Source: Deltaproteobacteria bacterium (lineage in GTDB: Bacteria > Myxococcota > Kuafuiibacteriia > Kuafuiibacteriales > Kuafuiibacteriaceae). From it: a stretch of DNA of 64,000 nt. The notes beneath the pieces were generated by a model, which was not told the DNA's origin, ran no database searches, and saw nothing but the letters and a program-made list of their open reading frames with translations. Position 1 is the stretch's first letter, and each line of letters starts with the position of its first letter. Position numbers and translations under genes: made by a program. The stretch covers positions 340,171 to 404,170 of the forward strand of contig JAVJQW010000050.1 of the NCBI GenBank assembly GCA_040218735.1. The letters are read 5' to 3'. This document shows, one piece after another, positions 36,144-53,700 of the stretch.

Positions 36144-39100
36144 TCAGTTCACCGTCAGCGAGAGGCTCGCGGACCCGGTGGCCGGGCTCGTCTCCTCCAG
36201 CGGCACGTAGGTGACCCGCACGAAGTACGTCCCGGCGGCGAGCTGCTGCGAGCTGAACGTCGGACACGTGAGCGTCGTCGTCGGCTCGTGGACCTCCAGC
36301 GTCGCGCCGGCGGAGTCGATCAGCTCCGCGCGCACCGAGGTGCACGGCGACGTCGTCGCCGCGATCGTCCCCGCCGTCGCGAGGTCGACCTGCACGACGC
36401 GCGCAGCGTTACCGGACGCGAACGACAGCGCGTACGTCGCGCTCACGGTGGTCGTCCCCGTGAGCTCGAACTGACACGACGCGCAGCCGTCCTGCGTCGT
36501 GGTGTTGCCGTCGTCGCACTGCTCCGTCGCCGCCAGCTCCAGGATGCCGTTCCCGCAGGTCGGCATGATCGGCTGCACGTCGACGCGGTAGTCCCCCGTC
36601 TCGGTGCCGAGGTTGTTCCGCACCTGAACGTAGTACGTACCCGCGGCGAGGACCTGGGCGTACGTGTCCTCGACCGGATCGATGCGCGCGCAGCGGCCGG
36701 TGCCGGAGTTGTCGTCGCTCCCGAGCGTTGCGCCCGATGCGTCGTAGAGGAGCACCTCCGCGTCGACCATCCCGAGGTCCCCGCGGCAGGTCCCGTAGGG
36801 GTCGTAGGTGTCGACCGCGAGGCTCCACCCCGCGGGCACGGTGACCGAGTAGAAGTCGCCGTCGCCCGCCGGGTCGATGCGCCCCAGCGCGCGCACGTTC
36901 GCACCGAGGGCCTCGGCGTTCGTCAGCGGCGCGTTGGGCTCCGTCTCGATCAGACCTTCGAACTGACAGGTGGCGCTGCAACCGTCGCCGGGCGTGGTGT
37001 CGTGGTCGTCGCAGGTCTCCCCGGCCTCGACGATTCCGTTGCCGCACCCGGGGGCGACGACCTCGACCTGCAGCTGGTACGACGCGATCGAGTTGCTCCG
37101 CGTGCCCTCCTCCACCACGAGGTAGTAGGTCCCGGCCGCGAGCGTCGCGAACGGATCGAAGAGCGGGTGGATCATCGAACAGGGATCGATGAGCGTCTGG
37201 TCGTTCTCGCCGAGCGGCACGAAGTTCTCGTCGTACAGCGTGAGGCGTGTGTCCGCTTCGCAATCCGGGCTCGCGGGTGCGTACGTGCGCGCGACGAGGA
37301 ACGACGGCGAAGCGACGACGATTCGATAGACGTCCTCCTCCGCCGACGAGGCGATCGACCCCGGGATCGTCTGCGCCGTGGGCGCCGTGAGCGTGGACAG
37401 GATCGTGACGTTGCGCTGGCAGGTCGAGCTGCACGCACCGGCCGGGCCGTTCGCGGCGCCGTCGTCGCACTGCTCCATCGCGCGCGCCTCGCGGATGCCG
37501 TTGCCACACGCGGGTGACGACGCGACCACGTTGATGTCGTAGGCCCCCGTGAGCCCCGGCGTGCCGGCGCTGACTCGGAAGTAATACGTGCCCGCCGCGA
37601 GGTCGGTCGCAAACGCGTCTTCCGCGGGGACGATCGCCGAGCAGGCGCCGACCCCGTCGTCGTCGTCGCTCCCGAGCACCGTCACGCCGTCCGGCGCGAT
37701 GAGCTCCAGGAAGGTGTCGGTCGCGCAACTCAGGTTGCTCGAGAGATCCGCGCGGAGGTTTCCGCCGTCGACGACGTCGACGCGGTAGAAGTCGACGTCC
37801 CCCACCGGATCGATCGTGCCGCTGGTGTTACCGCCGCCCGCGAGGAACCCCACCGCGGTCATCGGCGTGTCGTTCGGCTCGATCTTCCCGACGGTGTCGG
37901 AGACCAACACGGACGCCGTCGCGGCGGACGCCGGGTTCGAGGCGATCAACTCGAAGAGCGTCGACTGCGTGATGGCCACGACGTGGGTCCCCGAGAGCTG
38001 CTGCGTATCGAACATCGCGTCCGGCACGCCGGAGAGCCGAAGCTCCACACGCGTCGCGTCGGTGGTCGCGTAGTCGATCGTGATGTTCGCCTGCTGATTG
38101 AAGGTCAACGGCGACACGTCGAACGAGTCGATCGTCGGCCGCGGGTACGCGGTGATCGTCAGCGGGCGCGTCACCGTGCCCTCGGCGTTCGTGGCGCTCA
38201 GCTCGAGGTCGATCGTCGCGGCGTCCGCGGACAGCGTGACCGCACCCGTCTCGACGTTCTTCGTGCTGTTGACCAGCGTCTGCGCGCCGCGCCGGAGCGT
38301 CACGGTGTCCGCCCCGAGCGTCACCCACGACACGCGCACGTCAGCGTTCAGCAGGGCCGGGTTCGGGGAGGCCTGCAGCGACAGGATCGCGGGCGGCGAA
38401 GGGTTCACGGTCACGGTCGTCGACGCGGCGTCGTTCGCGGTCTGTCCCAGCGCGGTGAGCCGGTACTCGGTCGTGACCCCGGGCTGTACCTCCAGCGTGC
38501 CGCGCGGGTTGGACGTCGCGAGCAGCACGTTCCCGCCGACGTCGATCTCGATGCCGTTGCGGGCGCCGGTGACGTCCCAAGTGAGCGTGGAGACCTCGCC
38601 GATGTTCACCGTCGACGGCGAAGCCGTGAAGCTGCGGACCTCGGCCACCGCCGCGTTGTCGACGGCGATCTGTACGGACGCACGATCCAGCAGCCCGTCC
38701 GCGCCGTTCGCGGTGAGCGTATATTCGGTGGATTCCAATGGAGAGACCGTGATCTGGTCCGCGGCGTTCGTCGTCTGGATGACCTCGGCGCCGTTGTCGT
38801 CGCGGATCACCACGTTGGACGCGAACCGCACCACCCACGACAGCGTCGCGCTGTCGCCTTCGTCGATCGAGTCGGGGTTCGCGACGAAGACGTCGATCGT
38901 CGGTCGCTCGACCACGACCGTGACCTCGCCCATCACCGGCCCGCCGACCCCCAGCGCGCTCAGCACGTAGGTCGTCGTGGACTCCGGGCTGACCTCGACG
39001 GAGCCCGTGGGCACCGCGATCTCCGCCTCCACCACACCGCCCGCCGAAGTGCTGATGCTCCCGCCGGTCGCGGACGTGAGCCGCCACGACAGCGTGGTGG

Positions 39101-39506
39101 CCGACCCCGGCGCGACCGACTCGGGCATCGCGGTGAACGACTCGATCACCACCTCCCGGTTGAGATCGAGCGCGGTGACCTGCAGCTCGTCGCGCGCGAC
39201 GAGGTCACCGCGCACCGCTTCGATCGTGAAGCGGCGCGTGCGCGTCACCGGCGGCGTGAGCACCGACCCCGTCGCGTCGGGGCTGCGCGAGACGAGGGTC
39301 TCATCGGGCTGAGCGACCACGGTGACGTGGTCCGCGCCGGTCACCTCCCACTCCAGGTTCACCGGTCGACCGCGCGCGACGCTCACCGCGGAGGCTTCGA
39401 ACCGCACCACCGAGGGTGGCGGCTCGCTCTCACTGCACGCGACGCAGAGGAACACGGTAGCGGCACACGTACGCTGCAGGCGGTCCACGACGAACAGCCG
39501 TAGCAC
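36144..39506 (-). CDS. Surface lipoprotein: about six Ig-like repeats, PPC-like domains and Myxococcus Cys-rich (DUF4215-type) repeats
   Basis: LCVAC lipobox; repeated F.A.P..(V/I)..G....L.W; EPND/EPN and D.D.Y PPC motifs; three CGNG..E..E.CDD repeats. Confidence 0.88.
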   Translation of the reverse strand: MLRLFVVDRLQRTCAATVFLCVACSESEPPPSVVRFEASAVSVARGRPVNLEWEVTGADHVTVVAQPDETLVSRSPDATGSVLTPPVTRTRRFTIEAVRGDLVARDELQVTALDLNREVVIESFTAMPESVAPGSATTLSWRLTSATGGSISTSAGGVVEAEIAVPTGSVEVSPESTTTYVLSALGVGGPVMGEVTVVVERPTIDVFVANPDSIDEGDSATLSWVVRFASNVVIRDDNGAEVIQTTNAADQITVSPLESTEYTLTANGADGLLDRASVQIAVDNAAVAEVRSFTASPSTVNIGEVSTLTWDVTGARNGIEIDVGGNVLLATSNPRGTLEVQPGVTTEYRLTALGQTANDAASTTVTVNPSPPAILSLQASPNPALLNADVRVSWVTLGADTVTLRRGAQTLVNSTKNVETGAVTLSADAATIDLELSATNAEGTVTRPLTITAYPRPTIDSFDVSPLTFNQQANITIDYATTDATRVELRLSGVPDAMFDTQQLSGTHVVAITQSTLFELIASNPASAATASVLVSDTVGKIEPNDTPMTAVGFLAGGGNTSGTIDPVGDVDFYRVDVVDGGNLRADLSSNLSCATDTFLELIAPDGVTVLGSDDDDGVGACSAIVPAEDAFATDLAAGTYYFRVSAGTPGLTGAYDINVVASSPACGNGIREARAMEQCDDGAANGPAGACSSTCQRNVTILSTLTAPTAQTIPGSIASSAEEDVYRIVVASPSFLVARTYAPASPDCEADTRLTLYDENFVPLGENDQTLIDPCSMIHPLFDPFATLAAGTYYLVVEEGTRSNSIASYQLQVEVVAPGCGNGIVEAGETCDDHDTTPGDGCSATCQFEGLIETEPNAPLTNAEALGANVRALGRIDPAGDGDFYSVTVPAGWSLAVDTYDPYGTCRGDLGMVDAEVLLYDASGATLGSDDNSGTGRCARIDPVEDTYAQVLAAGTYYVQVRNNLGTETGDYRVDVQPIMPTCGNGILELAATEQCDDGNTTTQDGCASCQFELTGTTTVSATYALSFASGNAARVVQVDLATAGTIAATTSPCTSVRAELIDSAGATLEVHEPTTTLTCPTFSSQQLAAGTYFVRVTYVPLEETSPATGSASLSLTVN

Positions 39507-39603
39507 TCATCCGCGTTGCCGAAAATGTGGTCAGCCGTGAACGCACCACTGTAGCCGCTGCTCCTCCATCGACACGATCTCCTACGCGTGCGAAATCCAT
39601 CCC

Positions 39604-45354
<5,751 letters not shown>

Positions 45355-45362
<8 letters not shown>

Positions 45363-48300
45363 GCGGTACCTCGTCGCGCTCCTCTTCTTGTCCGGGCTCG
45401 GCTGTGACTCAAGCGAGCTCTGCGATCCGGGCACCCTCGGCTGCCCGTGTCTGTCGGACTCCACGTGTCGGCTCGACACCCTCGCGTGCATGGACGGCAC
45501 GTGCGTCGAACCGGCGCAGGTGTGTGAAGGCGGCGTCTGCGCGCCCCCCGTGCCGAAGTGTTACACGCCGTGTGCGAACGACGTCGTCGAGGACGACGGC
45601 ACGGTGCGGCGCTGCTCGCAGGAGGGGCTCATGGACGGGTGCGTCGGCGACGCATACTGCGACCGCGGCAGCTGCGTCCCGCGCATCGGCATGACGACCA
45701 GCGGGCTGAAGATGGCGCCGGGCACGTGTGCGATCGAGACAGACTGTCCGGACTTCCAGACCTGCATCCAGGACCGCTGCTACTCGAACTGCGACGACGA
45801 CAGCGAGTGCCCCAACGGCAAGCAGTGCCACCGCAAGGTCTGCCGCGACACGTGCGCGGACGACGACCCCTGCCCGAGTGACCGCCTCGCGTGTTCGTTC
45901 GAGGGGGTGTGTCTGCCGCTGACGCCGCCGGGTGAGGCGCCCGAGCCGAGCGACGTCGCAGAGTTCGTGCTGGAGACGACGGCGATCGCGTTCAACACCA
46001 ACAACACGACGTCGTCGTTCGTCATCACGAACCCGAGCGATCGGGCCGTGCCGATCACGATCCGAAAGTCCGAGCAGCGCGTGCAGCAGGACGACGGCAC
46101 CCTCGACGTCCGCACCGCCGCCGACGGGCAGACGCCGTTGGTCTTCCTGACGATGGGGGTCGGGACCCCGCTGAGGGTGCAGGAGCTCCCGATCACCGTC
46201 CCGGCCGGGCAGTCGATCGAAGTGCAGCTCGCGAACGCGCGCAACGAGTCACTGTCGAGTTGGAACGGTCGCATCCAGGTCGTCGCGGAGGGTGTCGCGA
46301 CGAAGGACGTCCTGCTCTCGTACACGGAGACGGTGCCGGGGCGCTGGGCCGGCAAGATCTACTACTTCGGGAACTTCGAGGACGGGTCGCGCCCGTCGAT
46401 CGGCCTGGAGCCGCTCGACCTGTGGCGGCGTGATCGCTCGAACCTCGGGCTCGTCGACGCGATCCCCAACGCGTTCCTCCAGGCGTGGGGGCGCTTCAGG
46501 AACAGCGCATTTTCGTTGGTGGAGATGGAGGCGCTCCTGCAGGCGACGATCAACGGGACGTGGCAGTCGGAGCGGGTCATGGAGCTGTGTGAAGAAGCCG
46601 GCTACGGGCGCGGCGCGGCGTGTGCGCCGTTCGGCGGATCCGGGAGCGGCTCCGTCATCCCGTACACCAGCGCGGCGAACATCGACCGCGTCCCTTCCGG
46701 CGTGATCGAGCTCGACTTCGTCATGAACCTCGGCGACGCGCCGTTCGAGGACGTGAGCGACCCGACGGTGTGCTCGGCGCAGGGCCTCGTCGCTTCGGAC
46801 CCGCGCAACTGCTTCACGGGCCGCATCGTCACCACGGAGTCGCTGCAGTACGGCGGCAACCCGAAGGTGCACCTGCGCTTCGAGGACGACCCCACGTCGT
46901 GCCAGGCGCAGGGCGACGCCGGGTGCATCGCGTACCTCGCGGACTTCGGCGCCGAGATCTCCGTGGGCGCGCGGTACGTACCGGGCGAGGACGACGTCGC
47001 GTGCACGGCCGTCGAGAACGTCGACCGCCGCGAGGAGCCCTGGCTCGTCCCGTCGTTCGCGGCGCCGGGCGGCGAAGAGGACAAACGCGAGTGTCGCGAC
47101 AGCCTGCTGCCGTACGCGGGGGAGAGCCAGCGCAACCAGATCTACGCCGCGGCGAACCCGGTCCCCGACGGGCGCCCGCGTGTTCGCCGGCTCGAGCTGG
47201 TCGACGGGATCATGATCGAGCAGCACGAGATGCTGTTGATCGTGCGCGAGACCGTCGACGCCTTCCACGGCGGCGATGAACCGCTGACCTCCTACGCATA
47301 CGTGGCGTTGTCGCGGCAGGACCGCGACCTCGAACCGGAGGAGATCGTGGGCAATCGTCCGGTCGACGAGCGTGACAACGACACGTCGCAGCTCGGCCTC
47401 GCGTGTTCTTCGGACCTCATCGGCGCCGTGACACGTCGAGCCCCGGTGCCGGTCGATCGTCTGACGCGTCGGGAGCGCCTGAACCTCGCGCGCGCCGTCG
47501 TCACGGGGCGGACGAGCACCGCCGCGTTGGACGTCGCGTCGCTCGCCGAGGAGTCGATCCACTCGGTGTGCATCTGGAGTGAGGACGCGGTCGTGAACAA
47601 CGACCCGAGCACGCCCGAGGATCCGATCCGTCAGCAGCGCCAGGTGATCGACGCCGGGCCCGACGGGACGACGCCCTGCCCCGGTGGCGCGGTGGTGTTC
47701 TACTTCGCGTTGAGCATCGCGGACTTCATGGCGTCGGACCCTTCGTTCGATCCCGCCCGCCTGACGTGTAACTTCTACGGCGGCGCCGGCGAGCCGGAGA
47801 CCTGCCTCACGGAGGTGCGTCGGTGGGTGCTCCAAGGGCGCAACATTCGCCTCACGGCCAACGCGGAGGACTGGCTCGACGTCGGGGACCGCGCGACGGA
47901 CGACACGTTCTCACTCGCCTGGGAGTGCACCGACCCCGGGAGGACGGCGTGCTCCGAGGACCGCTTCGCGCTGAAGTCCGGCAAGACCTTCTTCGCCGAG
48001 AACATGAGCGAGGTCTTCTTCAACCGCGTCGAGACCGACATCCACGACGCGTTCCGCTACCGCACGCAGTTCGTGAGTCGGTCCGGACGCAGCGTCGGGT
48101 TCGTGCCTTCGATCTGCGCCGGGAACGACAACCTCGTGCCGTACTGCTACGACCCCGAGGTCATCGCGGCGCTCAACGACCGCGTCGACTGCGCGCTCGC
48201 GCTGTACCACTACCACCTCGACGAAAACGGCCTCGACAGCACCACGGCGAACCTCCTCCGCGACTACCTCGTGAAGAACTTCGGTCAGCTCCAGACCGAC

Positions 48301-50769
48301 AACCCGACGGGCGACCCGATCGTCGAGCACGGCTTCGAGCGGCTCTACGCGGAGCTGTTGATCATGCTCGGCGACGACGCGTTGACCGCGTCGTTTGCGA
48401 GCCGCTTCGACCTCGCAGGGACGCGGCAGCTCGCGTTCGAAGGGAGCAAGTTCGAGGCGGGCGGGATCGACGTCTCGGGGATCGCGGGGTTCGAGCTGTA
48501 CAAGCTGTACCAGGCCTCGCAGTACTACGATTACGTCCTCGACCGATTCTACTCGCTGTCGCCGTACCTGTGGCGCGACATCACGGGCGGGCATCCGATC
48601 CGGTACATCTCGCAGACGACGGTCACGGCGTACCTCGGTCGCGTGATTCGTGCGTCGACGCAGCGGGCGCGCGTGTTCACGGAGATCGCGCGGCGCTACG
48701 TCTCGCTCAACCGGCAAGACCTCGCGCGCAGCGTGTTGGAGCGCTCGTACACGCGGGCGTACCAGGAGTCGATCATCCTCAGCGAGATCATGCGGCGCAT
48801 CCAGCAGATCGTGAGCCCGTCGCAGGTCGACCAGGTGATCTTCGAGATCGAGCAGGCGCAGCGCGCGTACCGCGTGGCGATGCTCGACATGCGGCGCCGC
48901 TACGACAGCATCGACGATCAGATCACGTTCTTCGGGCTGCGCCCCGACTACATCCCCTTCCCCGCGCTCGACGAAGACGACGTGAACGGCTTCGAGGTGA
49001 TCCTCGGCCGGGCGTTCGACACGATGGAGGTCGCCGCGGAGCAGGAGGAGCGCGCGCTCAGCAGCACACGTGAGTTCGACGTGGACGAGGCGGAGTTCCA
49101 GTCGGAGCTCGTGCAGATCCGCAACAACTACGAAGCGCAGCTCGGGGAGATCTGCGGGACGTTCCAGTCCGAAGACGGGCGCGTCCTCCCGGCCATCGCG
49201 CGTTACAGCTACCTCGACCCGAACCTCGCCGAGCTCAACGACCCGTGCGGCGGCAACTCGTCGGGGACGCTGTGGTTGAAGTACGCGGACGTCGAGACGC
49301 GCGTGTTGGAGCTGCAGCGGGTGCGGCAGGAGATCGCCAACGTGCAGTCCGCGGCGAAGATCGCGGAGGACCGCGTCGCGGCGCAGTGCCGGCTGATCCA
49401 AGAGGACGTCCGTGCGTTCCTCGAGTTCCAGGGCGCGGTGAACGGGTACCAGCAGACGATCGACGGGCTGGAGTTCGGCGTGAACCAGGCCGACAAGGTC
49501 CTGAGCTTCATGACGGAGCTCACCAGCCGCATCGCGGACGCGGGCGACGACGACACCCCGTGGGCGGCGGCCGCCGGTGCGGCGGGGTTCTCGACGTTCG
49601 CGGCGTCGGCGGTGATTCACTTCGCGCTGACGGCGACGTTCGAGGCGATCATCCTGTCGAACCAGTCGAAGATCCGCGAGCTCGAGAAGCAGTACGAGGC
49701 GTACCAGATCGGACGGGAGTGCACGTACCTCACGGTCGACCTCGCGTTCACGCTGCGTGAGATCCACCTCGACATGGCGCTCCTGGAGCTCGACGTCCTC
49801 AACGCGCTGTGGAACCTCCAGGTCGACATCGCGCTGCTCGGGCAGATCGACAACGAGCGTAAGCGCGTCGAGGCGGAGTGGGAGACGGCGGAGCAGCTCG
49901 CGCTCGACGTCGCGGCGGCGAAGAACGATCCGAACATCCGCATCTACAAGAACGACGCGGTCATCAACGCGGACCGCTCCTTCGAGCGCGCGCTTCGCGA
50001 GGCCTACCGGGCGACGAAGATGTTCGAGTACTACACGAGCCAGTCGTACCCGGACTTCGAGAAGCTGTTCTTCGTGCGCATGGTCGACGCCGGGGACATC
50101 AACCTGCGCGCGTACATGGCGCAGCTGCAGGACGACTTCTTCGCGTTCGAGGATCAGTTCGGCAACCCGGACACCCGGGTGGCGGCGATCTCGCTCCGCG
50201 ACAGCGTCTTCAACGTCGCGCGGTATTCGTCCGACGACACGGGGCGCGTGCTCACCGCGGAGGAGCGCGCGGAGGCGTTCCGCGAGCGCATCCAGGACCC
50301 GAGCCTCCTCGACGACAACGGGTGGCTCACGGTGAAGTTCGACACGAACTTCGCGCAGCTGTCGCCCCTGACGCACAACCACAAGATCCTCTTCATCGAG
50401 ATCGAGTTCCTCGGCGACGTCGGCGGCGACCAGGTCGGCCGCGCCTACCTGCGCCAGATCGGCACCGGCGTCGTCCGCGACGCCGACGGCGGCCGCCTCT
50501 ACTACACGTTCCCGCCCAAGACGGCGGTCATGAACCCGGTGCTCAACGGCAACCGCGACTTCGGCCAAGACTCCGACGGCGCCATCGCCGGCCCGGTGCG
50601 CACGATCTTCCGGAGCTTCCGCTTCCGGGAGCGCCCCTACGTGAACACCGCGTGGGAGTTCGTGCTGAACCAGCGGACGGAGACGGTGAACGAGGACATC
50701 AACCTGGATGGCCTGGACGACATCCAGATCAACGTCTTCTATACGGACTTCACGAACCCGGGGGATTAG
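45355..50769 (+). CDS. Large lipoprotein with Cys-rich N-terminus and Tc-toxin A-subunit-like C-terminal channel/TcB-binding region
   Basis: GGAG then GTG start, MNKRYLVALLFLSGLGC lipobox (ATG at 45349 is an alternative); coiled coils flank a hydrophobic hairpin; ends NTAWEFVL...INLDGLDDIQINVFYT. Confidence 0.82.
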
Positions 50770-53700
50770 CTGTTCGACGCGCGCGCCTGCGCGCGATCGT
50801 ACTTCTTCCGCCCGCGCTTCAGGCTCTTCTTTCCCTTCTTCGACAGGCGCCGGTACTTCTTGCTCGAGGCCTCGATCGGCTCGCCCTCTTCCAGCACGCG
50901 CTCCAGCGTCGACAGCGCCTGGTCCGCCGCGTCGAGCTCTTCCTGCCCGCCGCGACGTAGCTTCTTGATGCGCTTCTTCAGCGACTTCATCGCGCGCTTC
51001 AGCGCGCGCGTCTGGAGCGCGACCTCGCGGCGCTTCTTCGCCTTTTCGATCTTGCCCTTCGAGCTACGCAGCTTCTTCGAGATCGACCGCGCGTACTTCT
51101 TGTACTTCCTGTTCTTCGAGTCCGCGTTCGCCGCGAGCGCGTCCTGCACCCGCTCCGCCGCCTCCATCGCCGCGTCGTAGTCGAGCTTGGCCGGCTTCTT
51201 CTTCGCGATGCGGACGTGCGGCGCAAACGCCTTCCACGCCACCTGCACCTGCGTCTTCTCGATGTTCGACGTCTTCTTCCGGATGATCCGACGCGCCTTC
51301 TTCAGCTCCTTGCTCGCCTTCGCGAGCCGCCGCTTGTAGCCCTTCTTGCCCCGCGCCAACGACTTCCCGTCGCGCAGCACCCCGGCGAGATCGTCCGCAG
51401 CCTCCGACGCCGCCTCGAACGACGACATCTGCGTCGCCGTCTTCAGGTCCGCCATCCGCTCCTGCAACGCAGCCTGCGCCGCGTTCAACCGCTGCTTGTG
51501 CGGCCCGAGCGCGATCTCCGAACGCTCCGTCCGGATGCGCCGCTTGTACTTCGCGCTCGTCTTCTTCGCCGCACGCAGGAACCGCTTGTGTTTCTTCGAC
51601 AGCTTCGCGAGCGGCTTGCCCGCGTCGATCGCCTTGTCGAGATCCTCGACCGCCTCCAGCGCCGTCGTGAAGTCATCCGCCGTCGCCTCCGCGCCCATCT
51701 CGTTGAGCCGCGTCAGCACCGCGTTCTGCGCCTCTTCGACGCGGCTGCGGTGCTCCGCGAGCTCCGGCTGCAACCGACGCTTCGCGATCGTCTTGCGCTC
51801 CTTGTTCGCGCCGCGACGAACCTTCGCGAGGTACTTCTTGTACTTCTTGTTCTTCTTCGCGAGCGGCTTGCCGCGGTCCACCACCGACAGGACATCCTCG
51901 ATCGACGTCTTCGCCATCTCGAAGTCCCCGGCCGACGCCTCCTCGTCCAGCTTCCCGATCGCGTCCCGCATCGCCTGCTCGGCCGCCTGCACCTGACCCC
52001 GGTGCACGTCGAGCACGGCGTTCTTCTGCTTGGTCGCGATGATCCGCTTGTACCGCTTCACCGACTTCGCCTGCTTCGCGATGTAACGCTTCAGCTTCTT
52101 GTCACTCCCCGCATCGCGACGCGCCTCGGCGAGCTGCGTATCGAGCGCCTCGACGGCGTCGCGCGCATCACCGTACGCCTCCGCCTCGGTGCCGCCGAGC
52201 CCTTCGAGCCGCGCCTCGACCGCGTTCACGTCGAGGCGAATGCTCATCTTCGTCGCCTCCAACCGCTGCGTCTTCGCGAACCGCCCCGCGAGCTTCAGCT
52301 CCTTGCGGTACTTCTTGTCTCCGCGCGCGATCGCCTGACCGGAGCGCACCACACCCTCGAGCTGATCCGCCGCGTCCTTCGCGTCCTTGAACATGCTCTC
52401 GGAGACCTCGTCGGCGTCGAGCGCACCCATCTTCTCGTCGAGGCTCGAACGCGCCGCCGCCAGCTCCTGACGGTGCGCGATGATCTCGCCCTGCGTCCGC
52501 GCCCGCGCGATGCGACGACGGTAACGCTTCGTCGCCGCCGCGTTCTTCTTGAGCTCCTTGTCGAACTTCTTGCTCTTCTCCCCGGCGGACAGGCCCCGAT
52601 CGACCGTCGCCGAGTACTCGTCCACCGCGTCCTCCGCCGCCGAGAACGCCGCGTTGCTCGCGTCCTCATCGAGCGCCGCGAGCCGCTCCTCGACCTGCCC
52701 CGCCGCCTCCGCGATCGCCTTTCGGTGCGGCGCGACCTCCGCGAGGATGCGGAGCTTCTCGACCCGACCGCGGCTTTTCTTCACGAAGCCCGCGACGCGC
52801 GCCCGCTCCTTCTTGAAGCCCTTGTCTCGCTTCGCGTAGGGCTCGGTCGCGTCGACCTGCCGCTGCGCGTCGCCGAGCGCACGCTCCGCCGCGTCGATCT
52901 TGTCCTCGTCCGGCGACTCTTCGAGCGCATCCATCGCCTCGCCGGCCTGCGTCCGCGCCGAGATCAGCTCCGCACGAACACCCGACAGCTCACCCTCCAG
53001 CCGCTTCCGATCGAGGCTGCGACGGTACTTCTTCACGCGACCCAGCGCCGCGCTCAGGTACTTCTTGTACTTCTTGCTGTCGTCCTCGAACTTCTTGCCG
53101 GACTCGACGGTGTTCTCGAACGTCCCGATCGCCTCCGCGACCTCCGCGAAGTCGCCGTCGCCGGGCTGCTCCGGGATGCTCTGCATCTTCGACTGCACGT
53201 CGGCCTCCGAGGCCTCCACCCAGTTCTTGCGGATGTTCCAGCGCATCGCCGGCAGCGACGCCGTGATCCGATCCAGCTCCTTGCCGTACCCCGGATCCTC
53301 CATCCCGAGCTCCATCCCGCCCTCGGCGGCCTTCTTCAGCGAAGACACCGCGCTCTCGGCGTCGCGGTACAGCTCGTACTTCGTCTGCCCCTCGGTCGCG
53401 TCGATCGCCTGCGCGGCCGACGTCTGCGCGGCCTCCAGCTCGGCGCGGTGCTCCGCGACCTGGCCGGCGACCTTCTGCCGACCGATCGCCGCGCGGTACC
53501 CCGCGAGGCGCTTCCGGTACGCCGCGAGCGTCTTGCGGTGTCCCTTGTTGGTCGTCGCGAGATCGATGCCGCCCTGAATGACCTCCTCGAGATCCGACGC
53601 AGCACGCTCCGCCTCCTGCACGGCGACCGAAGCGCCCTCACCGTCGAGCTGCGACACCCGCTCCTCGACGCGGTTCGACGCCGCCTCGAGCTTCGCCGCG

